From IMG/VR virus record IMGVR_UViG_3300037504_000149: a stretch of DNA of 64,000 nucleotides, one strand, 5' to 3'. Positions 56,334-64,000 of the stretch are shown piece after piece; positions within the stretch are counted from its first letter, which is position 1, and the number at the start of each line of letters is the position of its first letter. Made by a program: the position numbers and the translations under genes. A model generated the notes under the pieces. The model saw nothing but the letters and a program-made list of their open reading frames with translations. It was not told where the DNA came from and ran no database searches. This stretch comes from a virus (lineage: Duplodnaviria > Caudoviricetes).

Positions 56334-57015
56334 TTTAACTGACTTCTCATATGATCCTACTAAGGTATTAGAGAAGACTATAGATACTACACGAGATTTA
56401 TTTTTAAGCGGTATTATAGATAGTAGAATGTCTTTATATATTTGTGCAGCTTTAAAAGTAATTACATCATGGCAACAGGAGGAGACCCAAGAACGAGTAA
56501 ATTCACTTAGTGCTATAGTCAAGCAAGAAGATATGGAGCAAGTACAGTACATGATTCCTTCTACCGCTATATATATTAATAGTAGTGGAGGATATTTAGG
56601 TGCATCTTCAGCTATAATAAATGCAATTCATGAAACACCATATCATGTAATATCTATAGCTGCGGGAGATGTATTTAGTGCAGCCGCATATGTATATGCA
56701 TCAGCAGATTTGAGGTTAGCTTCTCCTTTATCTATGTTTATGATACATGAACCAAGTTATATGCAGCAAGGAGAATTATCAAAACACAAAGGACGATGGG
56801 AAGCTATTGAACGGCAACAGGATAGGTGGCTTAGCTATTTTGCCAGTCGGACTAATAAACCTGTAGAGTTTTGGAAAGATAAATTAAATGATGAGCATGA
56901 TTACTATATGACTGCTGATGAAGCATTAGAATTAGGATTGGTTGATGAGATTATAGATTATAATGATACTAAACTCGGACTAGACAAGAAGGATAACGAT
57001 GGTAAATCAAAATAA
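56305..57015 (+). CDS. ClpP-family serine protease
   Basis: IYINSSGG, FSAA (Ser), FMIHEP (His), YMTADEALELGLVDEI. Confidence 0.88.
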   Translation: MNPNQRNLLNLTDFSYDPTKVLEKTIDTTRDLFLSGIIDSRMSLYICAALKVITSWQQEETQERVNSLSAIVKQEDMEQVQYMIPSTAIYINSSGGYLGASSAIINAIHETPYHVISIAAGDVFSAAAYVYASADLRLASPLSMFMIHEPSYMQQGELSKHKGRWEAIERQQDRWLSYFASRTNKPVEFWKDKLNDEHDYYMTADEALELGLVDEIIDYNDTKLGLDKKDNDGKSK

Positions 57016-58987
57016 GTTTTCACTAACTAAGAATTTTATACGGAAATATAAAAAGAAAACACCACCATTCGGATATAATGGTCTCGGAGAGATTGTGTAT
57101 ATGCGCACATACTCTCGTAAGAAAGAAGACGGTACTAAAGAACAATGGTGGGAAACTGTTAAAAGAGTAGTTGAAGGTACATACAATTTACAGAAGGAAT
57201 GGATTGAGCATTGGGGACTAGGCTGGAACCCTTGGAAAGGCCAGAAAAGTGCCCAGGAAATGTATGACAAGATATTTAATATGAAGTTCCTCCCCCCAGG
57301 TCGTGGCTTATGGGCTATGGGTACAGACATTATAGATAAGAAACGATTAATCATTGCTTTGAATAACTGTGCTTTTGTATCCACAGAAACAATTAAAGAT
57401 GATCCTGCCAAGCCATTTGCATTTATTATGGATGTAAGTATGTTAGGTGTAGGGTGTGGATTCGACACTAGAGGCGCAGGGACTATAGTTATACAAGGGC
57501 CAGATGAATCTAGGGAGACTGAAACATATACCATTCCAGACACCAGAGAGGGGTGGGTAGAATCAGTTAGTTTATTACTAGAGTCATACTTTAGAGGTTC
57601 ACATCCTATAGAGTTTAACTATGATGAGGTAAGACCTGAAGGTGTCCCTATTAAAACATTTGGCGGTATTAGTAGTGGTCCTGGACCTTTAAGAGATTTA
57701 CATAATAATATAAGGAACCTATTAGACAATAAGGTTGGTGAGCCTTTAGCAGATACTACTATAGTAGATATAGCTAATATGATAGGTGTTTGTGTAGTTA
57801 GTGGAGGTGTACGGCGTACTGCTCTACTGGCTTTAGGAGATCATGAATCTGATGAATATTTGGATTTAAAAGACTACGAACTTAATCCTGATCGTGTAGC
57901 TTACGGATGGTCATCTAATAATTCTATACTAAGTAAGCTAGGTATGGATTATGGACCAATAGCGGAGAGGATACGTAATAACGGTGAACCTGGTATAGTG
58001 TGGATGGACAACGTACACGCTTACTCTAGGATGAACGGCGTAGTAGATAATAAAGATATTCGAGCTAAAGGAGTTAACCCTTGTGCCGAGCAACCGTTAG
58101 ATTCTTATGAGGTATGTAACCTTGTTGAAACGTTCCCAGCACGTCATGATAGTTTAGAAGAATATATGCGTACTTTAAAATATGCTTATTTATACGCTAA
58201 AACTGTTTCTTTAGGGAACACTCATTGGCCTGAAACAAACCGAGTGTTACTGCGCAATAGACGTATAGGCTGTTCTATAAGCGGTGTAGCTCAATTTTTA
58301 GCTAAACACGACATACATACACTACGTGAATGGTTACTTGAAGGGTACAATTATATACAAGATTTAGATAAAGAATACTCCGACTGGATGGCAGTACCTC
58401 GTTCTATAAAAACAACAACAGTTAAACCTAGTGGGACTGTATCATTATTAGCAGGTTCAACTCCCGGAGTGCATTATCCTATCTCTAGGTATTACATACG
58501 CCGAGTACGGTTGAATAAAAACAACTTCATGGTTAAGGTGTTAGAGAAGGCAAATTATTCTATTGAGCCTGCGGTTGATGCGCCAGAAAGTACAGTAGTA
58601 GTAAGTATCCCTATTGATGTTGGTGAAGGTGTTCGCTCTTTAGAAGAAGTATCTATGTGGGAACAATTAAACTTGACTGCATTTATACAAGAACATTGGT
58701 CAGATAATGCGGTATCTAGTACCATATCTTTTAAGCCAGAAACTGAGGGTAAAGACATAGAACGAGCTTTAGATATGTTTCAGTATCGTTTGAAAGATGT
58801 ATCGTTCTTACCTAATGTTGAGGGTGGTGCGTATAAGCAGATGCCGTATGAAGCGATAGATGAGCAGACATACAAGAGTGAACTGTCTAAATTAAGCAAT
58901 ATAGATTACACTATCTTATCTGAAGAAGAAGCAGAAGATGGTATAGGTGAGAAGTATTGTGATGGAGATTCCTGTCAACTAACTTAG
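56999..58987 (+). CDS. nrdJ: Class II (adenosylcobalamin-dependent) ribonucleotide reductase
   Basis: RTYSR, P.GRGLW, NNC, VVSGGVRRTA, NPCAEQ.L...CNL.E, VKPSGTVS, C-terminal CDGDSC. Confidence 0.92.
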   Translation: MVNQNKFSLTKNFIRKYKKKTPPFGYNGLGEIVYMRTYSRKKEDGTKEQWWETVKRVVEGTYNLQKEWIEHWGLGWNPWKGQKSAQEMYDKIFNMKFLPPGRGLWAMGTDIIDKKRLIIALNNCAFVSTETIKDDPAKPFAFIMDVSMLGVGCGFDTRGAGTIVIQGPDESRETETYTIPDTREGWVESVSLLLESYFRGSHPIEFNYDEVRPEGVPIKTFGGISSGPGPLRDLHNNIRNLLDNKVGEPLADTTIVDIANMIGVCVVSGGVRRTALLALGDHESDEYLDLKDYELNPDRVAYGWSSNNSILSKLGMDYGPIAERIRNNGEPGIVWMDNVHAYSRMNGVVDNKDIRAKGVNPCAEQPLDSYEVCNLVETFPARHDSLEEYMRTLKYAYLYAKTVSLGNTHWPETNRVLLRNRRIGCSISGVAQFLAKHDIHTLREWLLEGYNYIQDLDKEYSDWMAVPRSIKTTTVKPSGTVSLLAGSTPGVHYPISRYYIRRVRLNKNNFMVKVLEKANYSIEPAVDAPESTVVVSIPIDVGEGVRSLEEVSMWEQLNLTAFIQEHWSDNAVSSTISFKPETEGKDIERALDMFQYRLKDVSFLPNVEGGAYKQMPYEAIDEQTYKSELSKLSNIDYTILSEEEAEDGIGEKYCDGDSCQLT

Positions 58988-59001
58988 AAAGTTGAGACAA
59001 G

Positions 59002-60897
59002 ATGGATAGTGTAAAAGATATACGCGATATAATTGAGAAGAATTTTAACATATACGCAAAGTATGTTATTACATCTAGGGCTTTACCTTCTGCTTTAGAC
59101 GGGTTGAAAGATTCTCAGCGTAAACTATTGTGGACTCTTTATAATTGTAAGAGAGAAATATATCAGAAGGTTACTAAAGTAGCCGGACAAGCAATGGCAT
59201 ATTACGTACATGGGCCAGCTAGTGCTGAGAAAGCATTAGTGGCCCTATATCATAAAACTTTACCATTGATTGATGGGCAGGGTAATTTTGGTAATTATAT
59301 ATTAGATATGCCAGCGGCTGCTGGGCGATACATTGAAGCGCGATTATCAGAAAAATATAAGGATTATCTATTTGATAATAAGATAACTACGTTTGTAGAT
59401 TCTTATGATGGGCAGTCCAAGGAGCCAGCATTACTACCCACTAAATTGCCTCTATTGCTCTGTAATGGGGCGGAAGGCATTGCGGTGGGGATGAGTACCT
59501 TGATATTTCCCCACGCTCCTAGAGAAGTTATAGACGCCGTGTGCAAGCATTTATCGGGAGTGGCGTTCCGTAAAATTCCTTTACCTGATTTTCAAGATAG
59601 TAAATGTAAGATTGATGCTACTACATACAAAGAGGATGGTCGTATAACTTGCCAAGCTATTATAGAGAAGGTAACAGATAAAGAGTTAAAAATTATTGGC
59701 CTTCCACCCCAAGTTAAAATACCTAAGTTACTAGATGAAATAGAGAACGTAAATACAAAATATGCTTTAGGTATTACCGATGTAGGTGACTATACTAGTA
59801 AGGATGATATAAGTAATAACAGGATAGATTTACGTATTAAGTTTGTTAATGGAAATTATTCAAAAGTATTACGAGCATTATTAGGAGATACCAGTTGTAC
59901 TATGACTATGGTATCTAATAATATAGCTTTAGATAAAACATCCAAACCCAAAGAATATACTATCCAAGACTTAGTTATTGAAGCGGCAGAATATATAGCG
60001 TATATATTCAAGTCCATAGACGAGAAAGAAGCTGCTAATATTGAAGAAAAGATAAATAGTTGGGAAAGATTTATCAATTTCTATACTGCGGTTAAGAATA
60101 ATGATTTAGATACCTATACTAAAGATGAGTTGATTTTACTTGCAGAAAATTGTGGTGATAAAGAATTATACAATACACCTACATATAAGATGACTGAATC
60201 ATATGTTGAAGACTTAGAAGAACGTAAGAAGGTTTTAGTTAAAGAACTTGATCTTTTACATAAATCATTAAAGAATAAAGATTATAAAATTAAAGCAATT
60301 AATTTCTTAGAAGAAGTAAAAGGTAATCTACCGAAGCGCAATTGTGAAATTGTGAACGATGATATAGATGATGTAGAAGTACCAACAATTGAGAATAAGT
60401 TAGAGTTTTATTATAGGACAGGTGATGTGGCGCTAATATCTCCAAACAAGACAAGTGGATTAAGTAAACTAGAATGTACACCAAAAGATAAAGTAGTAGT
60501 AGTTTATGATACAGGTGAGCATGTCCAGATTATTGCAGACACTATCACATCTATTGTATATTTGAATAGTTTAGTAAATGATGGTAATGTTATTGGTGTA
60601 TTTGTTTTAGATGAAGATGACGAATACTTAGTAGCTAGTGAATGTGGTAGAATTGCCAGACTGTACTTCGTATCTAAATGGAGTAATAGAGCTTACAAAT
60701 ATTTTAATATTACTGATAAGGTAATTTTCTTTGCTAAGAGACCAGAAGAATTAAAAGGTAGTATACATTATCTTACTAGTAAGCGAGAGAAGGAAGATAG
60801 CTTAGAAGTTTATGATACTATATCATTACAGAAGATAGGTAGTAAAGGAACTCGTAAATATAAATACGGTATAATTGATGTATGTTTAGACAAATAG
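59002..60897 (+). CDS. Type IIA topoisomerase subunit A (ParC/GyrA-like)
   Basis: RALP...DGLK.SQR, HG, GQGNFG, AAGRYIEAR (catalytic Tyr), NGAEGIAVG. Confidence 0.9.
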   Translation: MDSVKDIRDIIEKNFNIYAKYVITSRALPSALDGLKDSQRKLLWTLYNCKREIYQKVTKVAGQAMAYYVHGPASAEKALVALYHKTLPLIDGQGNFGNYILDMPAAAGRYIEARLSEKYKDYLFDNKITTFVDSYDGQSKEPALLPTKLPLLLCNGAEGIAVGMSTLIFPHAPREVIDAVCKHLSGVAFRKIPLPDFQDSKCKIDATTYKEDGRITCQAIIEKVTDKELKIIGLPPQVKIPKLLDEIENVNTKYALGITDVGDYTSKDDISNNRIDLRIKFVNGNYSKVLRALLGDTSCTMTMVSNNIALDKTSKPKEYTIQDLVIEAAEYIAYIFKSIDEKEAANIEEKINSWERFINFYTAVKNNDLDTYTKDELILLAENCGDKELYNTPTYKMTESYVEDLEERKKVLVKELDLLHKSLKNKDYKIKAINFLEEVKGNLPKRNCEIVNDDIDDVEVPTIENKLEFYYRTGDVALISPNKTSGLSKLECTPKDKVVVVYDTGEHVQIIADTITSIVYLNSLVNDGNVIGVFVLDEDDEYLVASECGRIARLYFVSKWSNRAYKYFNITDKVIFFAKRPEELKGSIHYLTSKREKEDSLEVYDTISLQKIGSKGTRKYKYGIIDVCLDK

Positions 60898-61481
60898 AAA
60901 AGACTAAAGAAGAGATAGATAACATAAAAGATAACCTAGACGTATCTGTAGGTATTGCAGATATAAGTTTTAGGATTATAAAATATAGACCTGCTGCATT
61001 GTTTAAAAATATACATTTTATACCATCTACTTTACACGATATAGCTACTAAAGTGTTTATGAATGTATATACTTTTCCGTGGCATAAGATATTGAATCAT
61101 GATATGTTTCGTATAGATGAAGGCACAATAGCATTATCTAGATATTTACACGGATCTAATGATGGTGACATATCTATATATAGTTGTAGTGGGGATGAGT
61201 ACCGGAATGTATTAACAATACTTGACGGGGTATGTGGTGAAAATATAACAGATGTTGAATTACTACCATGTGAAGGTGATGAGTTTTATGAGTATATGTA
61301 TTATGTAGCAGATAGTATAACTATTAAGTTTATTAAACAACTACATAATTATAGAAATACAATGGTAGAAGAATATAGTTATGATAATTTAGAAGCACGA
61401 CCTAATGGTAAAGTATATATCTTTTATGCTAAGTACCCTCTTTATGCTTTGACTCCAGGAGATAGTTTACGTGACTGTTAG
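60882..61481 (+). CDS. Hypothetical protein between the topoisomerase subunits
   Basis: Overlaps both neighbours. Confidence 0.65.
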   Translation: MFRQIEKTKEEIDNIKDNLDVSVGIADISFRIIKYRPAALFKNIHFIPSTLHDIATKVFMNVYTFPWHKILNHDMFRIDEGTIALSRYLHGSNDGDISIYSCSGDEYRNVLTILDGVCGENITDVELLPCEGDEFYEYMYYVADSITIKFIKQLHNYRNTMVEEYSYDNLEARPNGKVYIFYAKYPLYALTPGDSLRDC

Positions 61482-63261
61482 AAAATACACAGAAAAGGAT
61501 ATACAAACTCTTGAAGGGTTAGAACATATTCGTCAATGTCCATCGATGTATATAGGGGATACCTCTATAGGTGGAGTATTACAATTATTTATTGAAATAG
61601 TTTCGAATTCTATTGATGAAATTCTACAAGGTAATACCAAAAAACGTATTGATATTACTACTGATGGATTCTCTATAACTATACGTGATTACGGTAGAGG
61701 TATACCGTTAGGTAAGTTAACTGATGCTTGTTCTGTACCAAACACAGGTGGAAAGTTTGATAGTGATGGAGCGTATAGTGGTATTCAAACAGGTTTACAT
61801 GGTCTTGGATTAAAAGTAGTTAATGCACTTAGTGAAAAGTTTGATATAGTAAGTTATTACAACGGCAAGCGAAAGCAAGTCACGTTTGAACAAGGCGAAG
61901 AAACTTATGCCAGTAGAAGAAACAAGACAAAAGAACATAATGGAGTAGAAGTAACCTTTACACCTGATACAACTATCTTTAATGTAGAGGAGTGGCCGTA
62001 TAGTAAACTACATACAATTTGCGATGATTATTGTTATGTATTGCCAGGACTTACAATTTCATTAAATGGCGAGATATTAGAGCATCCAGAAGGATTGAAG
62101 GGCAAGTTACATTCATTAACATCTAAGGAGTTTTTATACGATCCTATTGAAATTAAGGAAGATGGATTGCAGATAGTATTTTCACATGTAGATGATTTTT
62201 CTGAAAAGATGGTCAGCTATGCTAATATGGTTCGTACAACGGATGGTGGTACTCACGTTACGTCGTTTAAGACAGCATTAACACAAGCCATTAATCAATT
62301 AGCTGATGATAAATTTACGGGAAAAGATGTAAGGAGTGGCATAGTATGTGTAATCTCCCTGTTTATTAATGACGCAGAATTTGAAGGACAAACTAAGCGT
62401 AAGCTGAATACTGACATGGGAGGAGTAGTTAAGCAGTGGAGAGAGTATATCATACGCACATTGATAAAGAATAATGACGCTAAAGATATAATTATTAAAG
62501 CTGCTGCTATGTACCATGAGTTGAAAAAGAGATCTAAGTTAGTTAAAGATAAAATACGTCAAGCAAATAGAAGTGTAAGCTTTAAGAGTAAACTATTAAA
62601 AGATTGTTTATCTAAGAATGTTGAGGATAGAGAAGTATTTATTGTAGAGGGGAATAGTGCTAGTGGTACTATAGTAGCAGCTAGGGATAAAAATACCCAA
62701 GCAGTTTACCCACTGAAAGGTAAGCTTAAAAACGTGCTTAACAGTTCTCCAGAAGTATTGTACAAGAATGAGACATTGTTTGGTTTGGTACACTCATTAG
62801 GTATATCTGAGGATATAGATAACTTAAAGTACAATAAAATTATTTTAACAACAGATGCTGACGAAGATGGTTATCATATACAAAATTTGTTACTAACGTT
62901 CTTTTATCATTTCTTTCCAGAAATAATAGATGCTGGACATTTATATATACTTAACACACCATTATTCAGATGTCAGAATTCAAAGGGGGAAATAGTATAT
63001 TGCTACAATCAAAAAGAGTTAGAAAAAGTTTTAAGTAAAGGCGATTATGGTATAATAACTAGGCACAAAGGTTTAGGTGAAGTGGATAGTCAGGACATGG
63101 CTATGTTCATAGATCCTTCTACACGCAGTTTAATCAATATCACAATTGATTGCTGGGATAACCTTGAAGATGACATAGAATTTTTCTGTGGGCATCGACG
63201 TTCTAAAGCACGTAAGAAATACTTGTTACGTAAATTTAAGGAGAAAGATAGCGGGGATTAG
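61471..63261 (+). CDS. Type IIA topoisomerase subunit B (ParE/GyrB-like)
   Basis: EI.SNSIDE, DYGRGIP, GGKF, GLHGLG, VEGNSA, PLKGK, DADEDG.HI, KGLGE. Confidence 0.92.
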   Translation: MTVRKYTEKDIQTLEGLEHIRQCPSMYIGDTSIGGVLQLFIEIVSNSIDEILQGNTKKRIDITTDGFSITIRDYGRGIPLGKLTDACSVPNTGGKFDSDGAYSGIQTGLHGLGLKVVNALSEKFDIVSYYNGKRKQVTFEQGEETYASRRNKTKEHNGVEVTFTPDTTIFNVEEWPYSKLHTICDDYCYVLPGLTISLNGEILEHPEGLKGKLHSLTSKEFLYDPIEIKEDGLQIVFSHVDDFSEKMVSYANMVRTTDGGTHVTSFKTALTQAINQLADDKFTGKDVRSGIVCVISLFINDAEFEGQTKRKLNTDMGGVVKQWREYIIRTLIKNNDAKDIIIKAAAMYHELKKRSKLVKDKIRQANRSVSFKSKLLKDCLSKNVEDREVFIVEGNSASGTIVAARDKNTQAVYPLKGKLKNVLNSSPEVLYKNETLFGLVHSLGISEDIDNLKYNKIILTTDADEDGYHIQNLLLTFFYHFFPEIIDAGHLYILNTPLFRCQNSKGEIVYCYNQKELEKVLSKGDYGIITRHKGLGEVDSQDMAMFIDPSTRSLINITIDCWDNLEDDIEFFCGHRRSKARKKYLLRKFKEKDSGD

Positions 63262-63299
63262 TGTGAAATCTAACTCTGCTCAAAATAAGGAGATGTTTT

Positions 63300-64000
63300 A
63301 TGCTAGGGATGCAAAATGAGAAACTAGATAAACACACACAAACTATTGTGGATATACTTGAGGTAGTAGTATCCAAATATACTAAGTTTTTAATAACTAA
63401 AAACGATTCTATTTTAAGTAAAAGAATTAAGTTAATGTCGTTGGATGGTAACACTAGGATTAAATTATGTAAATTGACTGATAAGGCACACCCAAATCTA
63501 TACTTAGCTATATGTCATTTACTAAATAACGATACTGAAAAGGCTAAGAATTGCCTTGTGTTAGATTTTAATTTTGCCGTAAGTATGTCTGGTATACTAG
63601 ATAGTTTAGAATGTACCATGAGCGATATTCGAGAAGATTTAAAAAAAGCTGATTGGACAAAAGTTTGTGGGTTTATAAAATCACATTACAGACGGTTACT
63701 TAAAGGTAAAGATATTATACTACCGTGGAATAAGTGGTATGTAGAAGGAATATTATATAGGAATCAGTCAATCAACTCAGCTATTACATCCAGAATACGT
63801 GATTATGATAAACTTTGTGAAAAGGTTATTATACCTGATAAATCACATGAAGTAAGTGAAGCGAGTGAAGTGAAATTACCTACTGAAGTTGGTGAATATG
63901 TAGAAATACCTCCTTCAGTATATGATACAAAGCGTAAATCTTTAGAAACTGGTTACAAGCACGAGAGACTACTAGAAATGCTTGGGGCTGTAGATAAGAT
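63300..64000 (+). CDS. Hypothetical protein, truncated by the window end
   Basis: AAGGAG RBS; ATG 63300 (MLGMQNEKLDKH...); the frame is open to the end. Confidence 0.7.
   Translation, partial: MLGMQNEKLDKHTQTIVDILEVVVSKYTKFLITKNDSILSKRIKLMSLDGNTRIKLCKLTDKAHPNLYLAICHLLNNDTEKAKNCLVLDFNFAVSMSGILDSLECTMSDIREDLKKADWTKVCGFIKSHYRRLLKGKDIILPWNKWYVEGILYRNQSINSAITSRIRDYDKLCEKVIIPDKSHEVSEASEVKLPTEVGEYVEIPPSVYDTKRKSLETGYKHERLLEMLGAVDK

Noticed and set aside
1-64000. Eukaryotic giant virus or archaeal virus origin (short ankyrins, GGTGA-type RBS)
   Set aside because: Portal, terminase, HK97-like capsid, sigma70-type promoters, bacterial RecA, PolA, ClpP and a peptidoglycan-related 3D domain indicate a tailed bacteriophage.

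Overview
A 64-kb, AT-rich, gene-dense internal segment of a large tailed dsDNA bacteriophage genome, read in the standard genetic code. The left arm (1-23.4 kb, minus strand) holds an SF2 helicase, portal, a block of accessory genes, prohead protease, scaffold, head-decoration protein, major capsid protein, an RNA ligase, a probable neck/adaptor protein and two paralogous ankyrin-array proteins, each with a paralogous 125-aa gene upstream. The right arm (23.5-64 kb, plus strand) holds RuvC, a candidate origin, DnaB, an MT-A70 methylase, primase, UDG-PolA, UvsY-like, SSB, SbcD/SbcC, RecA, an envelope/lysis-like block with a GT9, terminase small and large subunits, probable head-associated proteins, ClpP, a class II RNR and a two-subunit type IIA topoisomerase. 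The most unusual element is the ankyrin locus at 1-5.4 kb: 90-bp repeats with a near-frozen framework and hypervariable codons at the binding-face positions, a natural DARPin-like array fused to different N-terminal domains. Other observations: two promoter classes readable from the sequence (TTGAAA-N17-TATA[C/A]T and TTATGNTATAAT), several of them inside hairpins; a recurring K/R-x-A motif in head proteins; and several enzyme folds lacking catalytic residues. All family assignments come from motif recognition by eye; no database search was run. No tRNA, CRISPR array, integrase or tail module was recognised.
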